Source: an uncultured Candidatus Saccharibacteria bacterium (GTDB lineage: Bacteria; Patescibacteriota; Minisyncoccia; UBA6257; GWB1-50-10). Taken from it: a stretch of 49,665 nucleotides of DNA. Where the stretch lies: positions 1 to 49,665 of the forward strand of contig CAZAZV010000004.1 of the NCBI GenBank assembly GCA_964489845.1, read 5' to 3'. The notes below the pieces were generated by a model. That model saw only the letters and a program-made list of their open reading frames with translations. It did no database searches and had not been told where the DNA came from. The position numbers and the translations under genes were made by a program. The stretch's first letter is position 1; every line of letters begins with the position of its first letter. This document shows positions 1 through 9,152 of this stretch, piece by piece.

Positions 1-14
1 CCCCCAGTGCAATA

Positions 15-48
15 TATCGGTATCGGATACCCATAAAGTTATCCACAG
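15..48. repeat. REP-like palindrome copy (core hairpin plus right DnaA-box arm)
   Basis: TATCGGTATC-G-GATACCCATA-AAGTTATCCACAG; identical over 34 bp to 664-697. Confidence 0.9.
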
Positions 49-636
49 TTATGATTTCGGCTTCACGACGAGCGTCCCCTCAAGCCCGCCGCTCGGGCAG
101 TAGTCCTGGCAGGCCATCTTGAATGTCCCGCTCTGCGGCACGCGGAAACTGGTATGCTTGTCCACGCCGTCAGGGCTCGTGATATACACCCCCATCGCGG
201 GAATGGATAAATCGTACTGTCCGCCTTGCGACGTAAAGGTAAGCTGCACGATGTTCCCCTGCACGACGACGAGCTGGCTCGGGTTATAGCCGTTCCGCGA
301 GGCGATGACATGGTAGATACCGAGCGATTCATCCTTCGTCGGGTCGGTCACGACTTGCACGGTTGTCTGCGCGGGCGTCTCCACCGCGTTCTGCGGCACG
401 CTCGGCGTGTACCCCGTATTCTGCAACTCCTCCTGCGGTGTCATGGTGCTGGTCGCATTCATTCCCGTCTCATTCGTGCCGGAAGGACCGCCTCTCGTCC
501 CGCCGCCCGACACGATGCCGACGACAATAACGGCGACAAGCAACACGGCTCCTCCGATGAGTATGTACAGTTCCTCCTTGCGTGTCTTCTCTGGCACGCC
601 CGTCCGACTCTCCGTCCCCTTCGCCATTCCTTCCAT
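49..636 (-). CDS. membrane-anchored cupredoxin-domain protein
   Basis: N-terminal TM helix, Thr/Pro-rich linker, C-terminal cupredoxin-like motif (F..ACQDYC...G.LVV); start may be 627. Confidence 0.7.
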   Translation of the reverse strand: MEGMAKGTESRTGVPEKTRKEELYILIGGAVLLVAVIVVGIVSGGGTRGGPSGTNETGMNATSTMTPQEELQNTGYTPSVPQNAVETPAQTTVQVVTDPTKDESLGIYHVIASRNGYNPSQLVVVQGNIVQLTFTSQGGQYDLSIPAMGVYITSPDGVDKHTSFRVPQSGTFKMACQDYCPSGGLEGTLVVKPKS

Positions 637-650
637 TATATCATACCCAC

Positions 651-697
651 CTGTGTATAACTTTATCGGTATCGGATACCCATAAAGTTATCCACAG
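651..697. repeat. full-length 47-bp REP-like palindrome (2 mismatches)
   Basis: CTGTGTATAACTTTATCGGTATC-G-GATACCCATAAAGTTATCCACAG, directly abutting the transposase stop codon. Confidence 0.9.
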
Positions 698-1402
698 CTA
701 TTCAAGCCCCATCAATGAATCTCGATTGGTTTCGAAGTCGCTTAACCAATTCATAAACCGGTTCCGATACTCCCTCGGATTGCCAGTCAGCAGATCTCGA
801 AGATATTCTCGCTGTATCACCGATGGAAAATTTTTCCAACCGGCGTAGTCCGGGAAGCTGCTCCACCGGTACGTCTCCAGATATTCAAGAACCTCAGCAG
901 CGTTTTGTAATTTCCCTTCTCGCCATTCGGGATAGACAAGATCGAGCGCGTTCGCGTGCACATAATACAAGACGTACTCGAAATACTCTGGCGTATCAAC
1001 GTGTTTGCACCGATACTTCCCTCGGAAAAGCGCTCCTGAACGCTCGTACCTCTTATTGAAATATCTTGCGTAGCCACCATTAAATTTTCTAATAAACAGC
1101 GGAATTCCGCTGTCAACGCACGGACGGAGCAATAAATGATAGTGATTAGGCATCAGCACAAATGCCAACACCTCGACAAGTAACGTTCTCTTCTTCTCAA
1201 TCTCAATATATGGGTATCCGATACCCATAAAGTTATCCACAGATTTTTTGAAAGAATAAGCGGTATTCGAGACAATGTCTTGATTGTTAAATTCAAAAAG
1301 ATCATGAACGCCGCGCAAGTAGTCACCGTCATTAAGAAAAATCTCGCGCCCATCAACGCCTCTGTTACAGATATGATATATTTCCCCAACGGCCTGTCTC
1401 AT
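698..1402 (-). CDS. Y1/HUH transposase, IS200-like / REP-associated tyrosine transposase (RAYT)
   Basis: YHICNRG, LMPNHYHLL (HUH), YFNKRYERSGALF, YVHAN (catalytic Tyr region) and YRWSS motifs; flanked by palindromes. Confidence 0.9.
   Translation of the reverse strand: MRQAVGEIYHICNRGVDGREIFLNDGDYLRGVHDLFEFNNQDIVSNTAYSFKKSVDNFMGIGYPYIEIEKKRTLLVEVLAFVLMPNHYHLLLRPCVDSGIPLFIRKFNGGYARYFNKRYERSGALFRGKYRCKHVDTPEYFEYVLYYVHANALDLVYPEWREGKLQNAAEVLEYLETYRWSSFPDYAGWKNFPSVIQREYLRDLLTGNPREYRNRFMNWLSDFETNRDSLMGLE
1209..1242. repeat. REP-like palindrome copy inside the transposase CDS
   Basis: TATGGGTATC-C-GATACCCATA-AAGTTATCCACAG; translated as SVDNFMGIGYPY. Confidence 0.9.
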
Positions 1403-1407
1403 GGATT

Positions 1408-2934
1408 TTACTCGTCACAAAATTTCTGTCGAAACTGGAGAGCTTCGGCGAGATGTTCGCGCTCGACACACTCACTCCCTGCCAAATCCGCAATCGTTCG
1501 TGCGACCTTGATAAGCTTGAAGTGCCCTCGTGCGGAAAGGTGGTGCTTCGCGCTCGCAAGCAGCAATAACTCCTCACTGGCGCCCGAGAGCCGAGCGAAT
1601 TCCTTGAGATGCGAGTTTTTCATTTCCGCATTCGTGGCAATGCCCGCGTTGGCAAAGCGCTTGAGTTGAATCGCCCGCGCCTGTTCCACATCGTCGCGAA
1701 GCGCGTGTGTTGTCTGACGCAGTTCGCGGTTCACGCTCTCCTGTAATTTCTCCGGCGCAACCGGCTCCATCCGCACATGCAAATCAATACGGTCAAGTAT
1801 CGGCCCGGACACGCGCTTGCGGTACCGCTCGATTTCCCGCGGCGAGCAGGTACACGCTCGGTGCGGATGGCCGAGATATCCGCATGGGCACGGATTCGCC
1901 GCGGCGATGAGCATAAATTCCGCCGGATACGTAATATGCTCCTTGCTCCGAGAGATGGTGATAGAGCCGTCCTCCATCGGCTGGCGGAGCGCCTCAAGCA
2001 CCGAGCGCGGAAATTCGTTGAACTCGTCCATAAAAAGCACGCCGCGGTGCGCCAAGCTGATCTCCCCCGGCTGCGGCACTGCCCCGCCGCCAATAAGACC
2101 GACGGATGAGATGGTGTGGTGCGGCGCACGGAACTGCCGCTCGCGAATGATGCCGCCATGCGGCGGAATCCGTCCCGATACGGAATAGAGTTTCGTCACC
2201 TCAAGCGCCTCGCGGTCGGTGAGTGGGGGTAAAATGCCCGCACAAGCTCGCGCGAGCATCGTTTTCCCGACACCAGGACTCCCACTCATGATCATATTGT
2301 GTCCGCCAGACGCTGCGATAAGGCACGCTCGTTTTGCCTGCTCCTGACCGGCGATTTCCGACATATCGAATTCAATTTCGAGTTCCTCTCGTGGCTCATC
2401 AATATGCGTCACTGGCTGCACTGTTTCCGAACCCGCGAGGTGTGCAAGGAGCTCCGTCAAGCTCCGTACGCCGTATATATCGATGCCGCTGACAGCTGAT
2501 GCTTCATTCGCCGAAGCCATCGGAACAAAAACTTTTTTGAAGCCCTTCTCTTTCGCGAAAAGTGCGAGAAGCAACGCGCCTCTCCCGTGCCGCAATCCAC
2601 CGTCAAGCGACAGTTCGCCGAAGAAAAGTGCGTCCTGCGGTACGGCATACTTAAAGACCAAGGAGAGGATGCCGATCGCGATGGGCAAATCATACAACGA
2701 GCCCTCCTTCGGCACATCGGCAGGTGCGAGATTCACGGTGATGCGCCGCTGGGGAAATTCGATACCAGAATTCACAATCGCCGTCCGCACGCGATCCTTG
2801 CTTTCCTGGATTGCTTTATCACCGAGTCCGACAATATCAAGACCCGGCAATCCACGCGAAGCTGTGTTGACTTCAACCTCGACGCCAACCGAGTGCAGCC
2901 CCGAAAGTGTTGCCGACAATACATTAACCAACAT
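1408..2934 (-). CDS. comM: YifB/ComM Mg-chelatase-like AAA+ ATPase
   Basis: ITVNLAPAD, GSPGVGKT, FRAPHHT, GEISLAHRGVLFMDE and NPCPCG motifs. Confidence 0.95.
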   Translation of the reverse strand: MLVNVLSATLSGLHSVGVEVEVNTASRGLPGLDIVGLGDKAIQESKDRVRTAIVNSGIEFPQRRITVNLAPADVPKEGSLYDLPIAIGILSLVFKYAVPQDALFFGELSLDGGLRHGRGALLLALFAKEKGFKKVFVPMASANEASAVSGIDIYGVRSLTELLAHLAGSETVQPVTHIDEPREELEIEFDMSEIAGQEQAKRACLIAASGGHNMIMSGSPGVGKTMLARACAGILPPLTDREALEVTKLYSVSGRIPPHGGIIRERQFRAPHHTISSVGLIGGGAVPQPGEISLAHRGVLFMDEFNEFPRSVLEALRQPMEDGSITISRSKEHITYPAEFMLIAAANPCPCGYLGHPHRACTCSPREIERYRKRVSGPILDRIDLHVRMEPVAPEKLQESVNRELRQTTHALRDDVEQARAIQLKRFANAGIATNAEMKNSHLKEFARLSGASEELLLLASAKHHLSARGHFKLIKVARTIADLAGSECVEREHLAEALQFRQKFCDE

Positions 2935-3814
2935 GGTACTTGCCTAACTTTTCAATCACCGCACCCTGCAGCTCCATAAGAGAAAGCAGGGCTCCGACCT
3001 CATCGCTCGATGCGCCGAGCTTGCGACTCAGCTCGTTCACCGTGAGCGCCTCACGTTGCAAAAGCGAGAGGATACTCGCCTCATCGCACACCACTGCTCC
3101 GCTTTCCGCAACGTCATCCTCAAGCACGGTTGCATTGGTATCGGTCCCCGCTTCATCAATGTCAATGCGATAATATTTCAGCACATCTGCCGCGACGGTT
3201 ACCATCTCCGCCTGCTTTGATTTGAGCAGTGCGAGCGTCCCTTCTGCAACGGAGCTTGTAATCTGTCCCGGCACGGCAAAAAGTTTCCGCCCGTATTCGA
3301 GCGCAAGGCGAGCGGTGATAAGCGAGCCGCTCCGCGCACCACCCTCAATAACGAGCACTGCCTGCGAAAGCCCCGCGACAATGCGGTTGCGCGCCGGGTA
3401 CGTCCACACTTCCGCGGGAAACGTTCCCTCATATTCTGACACGACGAGGCCGCCTCGGTTCAGGATCTCGCGATACAAATCTTCCTGGTACGCGGGGTGG
3501 ATCACGTCGATGCCGCACGGCATCACCGCAATCGTCCGTCCGCCGACTTCGACCGCCGCGCGATGCGCCGTCGCATCGATGCCGTACATGAAGCCGGAAA
3601 CGATCGTAATGCCCGCACCAGCGATCTCCCGCACGAGGTCGCGCGCCACCCGTTCCCCGTAGCTCGTCATCCGCCGCGTCCCCACCACACCAAGGCACTG
3701 TAGGAAAAGCTGCTTCCGCCATGCGCCCTTGTAATACAGCGGCGACGGCGGGTCCGGGATGCTCCGCAGGCGCCCCGGATAGCTATCGTCTTCTATATAG
3801 ATACACTTGTCCAT
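2924..3814 (-). CDS. dprA: DNA-protecting protein DprA
   Basis: VVGTR, IVSGFMYGIDATAH, YPARNRIVAGLS and SGSLITA motifs; C-terminal winged helix. Confidence 0.95.
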   Translation of the reverse strand: MDKCIYIEDDSYPGRLRSIPDPPSPLYYKGAWRKQLFLQCLGVVGTRRMTSYGERVARDLVREIAGAGITIVSGFMYGIDATAHRAAVEVGGRTIAVMPCGIDVIHPAYQEDLYREILNRGGLVVSEYEGTFPAEVWTYPARNRIVAGLSQAVLVIEGGARSGSLITARLALEYGRKLFAVPGQITSSVAEGTLALLKSKQAEMVTVAADVLKYYRIDIDEAGTDTNATVLEDDVAESGAVVCDEASILSLLQREALTVNELSRKLGASSDEVGALLSLMELQGAVIEKLGKYHVG

Positions 3815-3844
3815 ATTTCTTTCCTGTCAACAATCGAGTTTGAC

Positions 3845-3949
3845 TCACGGCGCAAACTGGAAATCTATTTTCCACCCCGAATCATTCGCGCCGCGGTATA
3901 AGTTATTTCCATCTATATACGCATCATTATTTCCTCTTTTGCGCTCCAT
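3845..3949 (-). pseudogene. NYN/LabA (PIN-fold) domain N-terminal remnant
   Basis: MERKRGNNDAYIDGNNLYRG...GWKIDF followed by an early stop after 34 aa. Confidence 0.6.
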
Positions 3950-3960
3950 GCTCGAAAAAA

Positions 3961-4707
3961 TTATACCGCCCTCGTCAGGGTGAATCCCCAGATTTCCTCC
4001 GCGCCGCCGCGCGGCGCAGCTCCGTAGCCTTGCGCGAAGGGCTGGCGCGCCGCCCGCGCGCATGCCTGCATGGTCGCACCGGTCGTCCACACATCATCGA
4101 TGATGATAAGTTTCTGCGGCGGCGGCGCCTTCAGTGCAAACGCGCCACGCACATTCCGCGCCCGAGCCTCCGTGTCCTCAAGCGTCGTCTGCGAGGGGAT
4201 GTTCTGTACTTTGCGGAAAAGGTTGCTCACTGGTTTCCCGAATCGCCGCGCAATATGCTCCGCGATGAGCCGTGCCTGATTGAACCCTCGCTCATGCTCC
4301 GCGCGCGCCCGCATCGGAACATACGCAATCGCACCGGCGGTTTTCGCGAAATCGAAAAACCGCTCGTACCGGAACCAGTCCTCTTCGAGTACGCTCGCCG
4401 CCCGCGCCATGAGCTCGGGAATGGCGTCGTAGATATGGTGGTATTTTATCCCCTGAATAGCGTTCCGCATCGCGCCGTCATATCTCCAGACGGAGGTGAG
4501 GCCATCGAGACCGTGCCGCGCCTTGCCGCACGTGAGATGCCGCTCACCCGTGAAACTCTGCCCGCCGCAGACGGGGCAGACGAGTGGACTCACCTCAAGC
4601 GTAGCGGCGCAGGCACCGCAAAGATACGCATCGTACGCTCCGCAGCCGAAGCATCGCGGAGGGAAGAACATATCAAGCACGAACCGTTTCAGTTCCGAGA
4701 GCGTCAT
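3961..4707 (-). CDS. comF: ComF family amidophosphoribosyltransferase-like competence protein
   Basis: N-terminal CxxC Zn motifs, RGFNQA, IIDDVWTTGAT; ATG overlaps the upstream stop. Confidence 0.93.
   Translation of the reverse strand: MTLSELKRFVLDMFFPPRCFGCGAYDAYLCGACAATLEVSPLVCPVCGGQSFTGERHLTCGKARHGLDGLTSVWRYDGAMRNAIQGIKYHHIYDAIPELMARAASVLEEDWFRYERFFDFAKTAGAIAYVPMRARAEHERGFNQARLIAEHIARRFGKPVSNLFRKVQNIPSQTTLEDTEARARNVRGAFALKAPPPQKLIIIDDVWTTGATMQACARAARQPFAQGYGAAPRGGAEEIWGFTLTRAV
4017..4044. repeat. small hairpin element inserted in frame in comF
   Basis: CAGCTCCGTAGC-CTTGC-GCGAAGGGCTG; adds about 11 aa (QPFAQGYGAAP) to a normally compact C-terminal segment. Confidence 0.55.
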
Positions 4708-7700
4708 TGAAGTCCGAGTGAAAAATACCAGTCCGACGCACCGGTGTCGTAATAATCCCCGTCGAATGAGCAGAACGTTCCGCATGAACTCAAATTGCCT
4801 CGCATAAGTCCCCTACCCGCATTCCCACCAACATACGCGGTGCCGCCCGTCATAATCGCGTTGTACCACTTGTTGTAGAAATAGGGTTGCCCAGAGCCGC
4901 CTGCAATGTCGAGTACAAACCAGTATGTCTCCCCCGCAGAAAGCGACACGGCGCCCGGAAACGTGAAGGCAATCTCCTGGATTCCCGCAACAGGCAAAAC
5001 TCCGTTCACTTGCGTTTCGTGGGCGGGCGCCGAGAAATCCGGTTTCCCCGCGCCATTATCCGGATACACCGACAACCTGATGCTCTCCGCATTCCCGTAC
5101 GCGCCGTTCGATTTCACCTTCACGTTCATAAAATTGAATGAGAGGTCCTGAGTGGGCATGATATTCTGGAAACTTGCCTCGTCCGGCTCAGTCAAAGCGT
5201 TTGACGTGACAAATCCCCACGCACTGCTCCATCCATTCTCGGCATCCTGGGCAATGTGCACCGTCGCTGACGGGTACGACCACGATGTGTACACGGACTC
5301 GGATATATTCCCGAAATCATCAACCGCACGCATGCCGATGATGAAACTGTCACCACTTCCCACTTGCCTATCGTACGCGAGCCGCGCCGCATCGGTACCG
5401 CTGACGCGCTGCCACAGCGTTTCGTCAAAGCCCGCAGGAGGCGAGAAATTGATGTCATACGAAATGACACCGTCAAGTGTGTCGGGGTCAATGGCGCGCT
5501 GCCAGTATACGGTGAGCTTTGAGAGCGCGTGGTCAAGCGTCGTCGATGCCATGCCCATCACTGGCGCAAACTTGTTCGCGCCGCTCATTTGGAAATGATG
5601 TTTCGTCTTGTCGACAGCAACGAGCTTAAGTTTCTGCTCTCCGCCGCCAGAACCATAAAATGAGTAGAATGACGCAGTGAGATAATCCGACGGTGAGAGT
5701 GTGAGTTCGCTCGTCGAACTCGCGCTCTCGATAAGAACGTGTTTGTCTTCCAATTGCGCAAAAGAAATACCCTGCTGTACGAGTCCTCCCCCCATCACGT
5801 CGCACAAACTCGCGGCATCGGGGAAGATGACGGCACGGAGCGGAGTATCGGAACCACTACACTGCTTGTAACGAAGGTTGAGGACACCGTTTGTGTCCGC
5901 TGGCTCGAATTTGCCCGATGTCGTGAGCAGGTTGTCCTCCACCGGCTCGCGGTCAAGCGAGAAAATAACGCCTTTCCACGTCGCGTTCGCTCCACCTTGA
6001 TACACGTCGGGAATAAAGGGATATGCACCATAATACGCTTCGACGAGATACTTCGTCCCGCCTGCGCGGTTATCCGGGTAGAGATACACTTCGTCCAAGA
6101 AACTCGGCGCGGCGATCGTAGAACTTGCTATGGCCGAGCCAAGACCGTCCTTATCAAATGCCTGGAATTTGAGTTGATAATTTCTCCCAACCTCGAGCAG
6201 TTTTTGAGAGAAAGCGAGCGAACTGGAGCTGTAAAACACATCGCCGTTCACCGCATCGGTCACCGTATAGATAAGGCCGTTCTTGTCCCCCATTGCGTCG
6301 ACATATGGGCTCCAACTCCCAGAGAGTGTCACCGACGAGGGGGTGTAACTGAATGTTGCGGAACTCCCTGATGGCCTCGGCACGTCCCGCGGCTCGAGCA
6401 TGCTGCTCCGGTTCTGCGCTCGCGGCGCGACGTTTTCATAAAATAATGCATCGGCGCAGCCGTTCCCGTGAAAATTCCACATGCCCGTTGGCTCATGACA
6501 CAATGAGCCGTCGTACGCGTATCGCTCCAAACTGTTCCCCCGCGCGACCGATGCGTATGATACCGCATCGACAATCTCGAGATTCGCATTGACGAGAAGA
6601 AGTGCGTCGTCGGCATAGGAAAGATGCGCGGAGCCGGAGTACGCCGCGTCAGCGCTCACTGTACTCGACGCGGCGTACTCGGGGCTGCCGACAAGATAGA
6701 ATCCGAGCGACGGAATCGTGCTCGTCGGAAACGCTTGAAGCAAAACCTCACTTGACGTTGCGCTCATCCCGCGTCGGAGCGACCAGCCGGCAAGATTCAC
6801 CGCGTCGGCAGTCGGGTTGTACAACTTCACCCATTCGACATCCGACGCTCCCGTCCCCGCCCCAGGGAAAATCTCACCAATGAGCGCGGAGGTTGAGGTG
6901 CTGTAGGTAAAGTTACCATTGCTCGCGTCGTCGTTCCCGCCAGAATCAGTGCCCGTTGTCGTGCTGGTATCGCTATCGGTTTGTGGAGCAGCGCCTCCGC
7001 CTCCACCCCATCCGCCACCGCCTCCGCTCGACGGCTTCACGTATCCTTGCGAGTTCGCCGCGCGAGGCGTCCCGAGCGGGGCATAGCTTGTCTGCCACTG
7101 CAAGCTCGCCGTGCGTTCCATCGTGCGTTTCGTGTCGTTATCCCCCGCGGGCCACGCGGGGTTTGCAATCACTGCATCAAGGAACACGCATACGTTCGTG
7201 AAGAGGTGCAATCCTTCATTGCTATTCCCGATTGCGCCGGTGTACACGACATCGGCCGCAATACCCGGCACACTCTCATCATCGGTGCGTTCGAGAAGCA
7301 CGTACCCGCCCGCGGGAACGGTAATCTTCCCGAGCGTTACGTGGATCTTCCCACCCCCATCAATAAGCTGGTACCCTTCCAGATTCAGCGGAACGTTCCT
7401 GACGTTTTTCAGTTCCACCCACTCGTTCTGCGAACCCGCAAGTGTCCCCATCCACGCAACCTCGTTAATAACGAGCGGCTCGTATGTTGGGTTCCCGCTT
7501 TGCCCATACGAGCATGTTTTGACAATCGGAGCGGAAGCGGTACTACTGGTTGATGTCTGCTGCTTCGCTTTTGTTGCAGTCGCCACCGAAGAAACCGGTG
7601 ACTGTTTTGTGGTGTCAGTAGTGCTGGTTGTATTCACCACACCTCCTGGCGCAGTTATTGTGGCAATATCCGTGACAAGATATTCGACGCCAGCGCTTTG

Positions 7701-9152
7701 CTCTGCTGTTGTTTCGTCAGTAGCGTAATACACATAATTGCCAAGTTGAGCATTCGTCGGCATCGTATATAGTTTTGCGAACGAGCCCGTTTTATCAGCT
7801 TCCATCTGAGCTGTCGCCTCGCCGCCACCGGGAAGTACGAAATGAAGTGCGACAAAACCGTTTGGCGTGAACCCCCTGCCACTTTCGGAAATCGTGTCGC
7901 CGCGCTTCACGTCCGTGCTACTAAGAGAAACTATAGGAGTTGTGGTATCTCGCTCGGCCAATTCGACAATGACGCTGGTATCTGTGTCCGTATCGCTCGT
8001 GATGGCAACGCCCGTTTCATTGAGTAAATCAACCGTTCCATTTTGAATCGTCGTGCCCGCAAGATTCAGTATCTGCTGTATCTCCTTTACAAATGTCACG
8101 AATTTGCCGATGGCAGAGCGGCCACTCGTCTCCGGGTCCTGTCCGAGCGGCTTATTCGCATCTGCAGCAACCTCTTGGAAAAATAAATCAATCACGCCCG
8201 CGCTGTACTGCACCGCTTTCGTGGAAAGAATGCGCCAGTAGTCGGAGGAGATGATGTCACCATCGACGGTGAAACCACTGTTTGGTTTGTAAAGATCGGA
8301 GGAGACGACCTCCGGCTCCTTGACTAAATGATACACGCCAAACTCCGGATCCATTGCCAAGCGGAAAATGACGCCATTCTCGTCCCTCCTCGTGTATGAA
8401 ACGGGCTGGGCGTATACACCAATACTGTCCTTGCTATAGAAACGCGTGTTTGAATACGTGGCAAATTGGTCAAAATAATCGCCGAGCGCGGGGTATGTGA
8501 CCATGCTTCTCCCCGCAAGACGCGATGAGAGTTCATAATCAGGAGAGACGAGCGTGTATTGCCGCGCGTACCACACGTACGGGTCCTCATCAAAAATGCT
8601 CACAAAATCGTTTCGTGTATACGCGGGAACCGATGCGTCTTGGATAAGATGCAGAATATGTCCGAGGACATAAAACGCCTTCTTCGTATCCCCCGCGCGA
8701 TAAAAATATTTCGCGCGATTCCACGTGAAATCGCTTTCCAAGTTCAGCTTCCCGAGATCTTTCTGATACGCCGCCGAGAGTCCGGAAGTGATCGCCGCGG
8801 TTGCTTTCCACTTCGGGTCATTCTGCGCCGCATCACTAACCGCCCATTCTTTTGATGAATACGAGTCGTACGTATCGGTGCGCAATCCATGATTATGGAT
8901 TGGGTCATAGTAATGATTGGTTTGCCGCGGTGGACTATCCTCGTGTCCTGAACCGTCAATTAAAAATCCCCGCAACGTTTCGGGGATCTTCTGGCCTGCC
9001 GTACGCTGATTATAAAAATCAAACGCCGAACTCGTGAGAAGTGCGTGTGTTGAGATGCCGTATGCGGACACACGATGGAACGAGATACCCCAAAATCCGA
9101 TAACACCGAAAAGAACAAGTATGTAGATTAGAAAACGTTGTCTAGCTTCCAT
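4704..9152 (-). CDS. large secreted/surface protein: phospholipase C/P1-nuclease-like N-domain, two lamin-tail domains, Ig/FN3-like domains
   Basis: Signal peptide; THALLT..ED..NHYYDP..LGHILHLIQD; LVINEVAWMG..EWVELKN and LIGEI..EWVKLYNPT; Thr/Ser/Gly linkers. Confidence 0.75.
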   Translation of the reverse strand: MEARQRFLIYILVLFGVIGFWGISFHRVSAYGISTHALLTSSAFDFYNQRTAGQKIPETLRGFLIDGSGHEDSPPRQTNHYYDPIHNHGLRTDTYDSYSSKEWAVSDAAQNDPKWKATAAITSGLSAAYQKDLGKLNLESDFTWNRAKYFYRAGDTKKAFYVLGHILHLIQDASVPAYTRNDFVSIFDEDPYVWYARQYTLVSPDYELSSRLAGRSMVTYPALGDYFDQFATYSNTRFYSKDSIGVYAQPVSYTRRDENGVIFRLAMDPEFGVYHLVKEPEVVSSDLYKPNSGFTVDGDIISSDYWRILSTKAVQYSAGVIDLFFQEVAADANKPLGQDPETSGRSAIGKFVTFVKEIQQILNLAGTTIQNGTVDLLNETGVAITSDTDTDTSVIVELAERDTTTPIVSLSSTDVKRGDTISESGRGFTPNGFVALHFVLPGGGEATAQMEADKTGSFAKLYTMPTNAQLGNYVYYATDETTAEQSAGVEYLVTDIATITAPGGVVNTTSTTDTTKQSPVSSVATATKAKQQTSTSSTASAPIVKTCSYGQSGNPTYEPLVINEVAWMGTLAGSQNEWVELKNVRNVPLNLEGYQLIDGGGKIHVTLGKITVPAGGYVLLERTDDESVPGIAADVVYTGAIGNSNEGLHLFTNVCVFLDAVIANPAWPAGDNDTKRTMERTASLQWQTSYAPLGTPRAANSQGYVKPSSGGGGGWGGGGGAAPQTDSDTSTTTGTDSGGNDDASNGNFTYSTSTSALIGEIFPGAGTGASDVEWVKLYNPTADAVNLAGWSLRRGMSATSSEVLLQAFPTSTIPSLGFYLVGSPEYAASSTVSADAAYSGSAHLSYADDALLLVNANLEIVDAVSYASVARGNSLERYAYDGSLCHEPTGMWNFHGNGCADALFYENVAPRAQNRSSMLEPRDVPRPSGSSATFSYTPSSVTLSGSWSPYVDAMGDKNGLIYTVTDAVNGDVFYSSSSLAFSQKLLEVGRNYQLKFQAFDKDGLGSAIASSTIAAPSFLDEVYLYPDNRAGGTKYLVEAYYGAYPFIPDVYQGGANATWKGVIFSLDREPVEDNLLTTSGKFEPADTNGVLNLRYKQCSGSDTPLRAVIFPDAASLCDVMGGGLVQQGISFAQLEDKHVLIESASSTSELTLSPSDYLTASFYSFYGSGGGEQKLKLVAVDKTKHHFQMSGANKFAPVMGMASTTLDHALSKLTVYWQRAIDPDTLDGVISYDINFSPPAGFDETLWQRVSGTDAARLAYDRQVGSGDSFIIGMRAVDDFGNISESVYTSWSYPSATVHIAQDAENGWSSAWGFVTSNALTEPDEASFQNIMPTQDLSFNFMNVKVKSNGAYGNAESIRLSVYPDNGAGKPDFSAPAHETQVNGVLPVAGIQEIAFTFPGAVSLSAGETYWFVLDIAGGSGQPYFYNKWYNAIMTGGTAYVGGNAGRGLMRGNLSSCGTFCSFDGDYYDTGASDWYFSLGLQ

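Noticed and set aside
651-697. oriC because of DnaA boxes
   Set aside because: Boxes are part of a dispersed repeat; no dnaA/dnaN, long intergenic region or unwinding element
15-1242. CRISPR array from the three nearby ~34-bp repeats
   Set aside because: Spacing is ~550-650 bp and filled with genes; no cas genes; further copies are dispersed
698-1402. Classical IS200/IS605 element with TnpB
   Set aside because: No tnpB/iscB; no defined left end (comM stop is 5 nt upstream); protein is longer than typical TnpA
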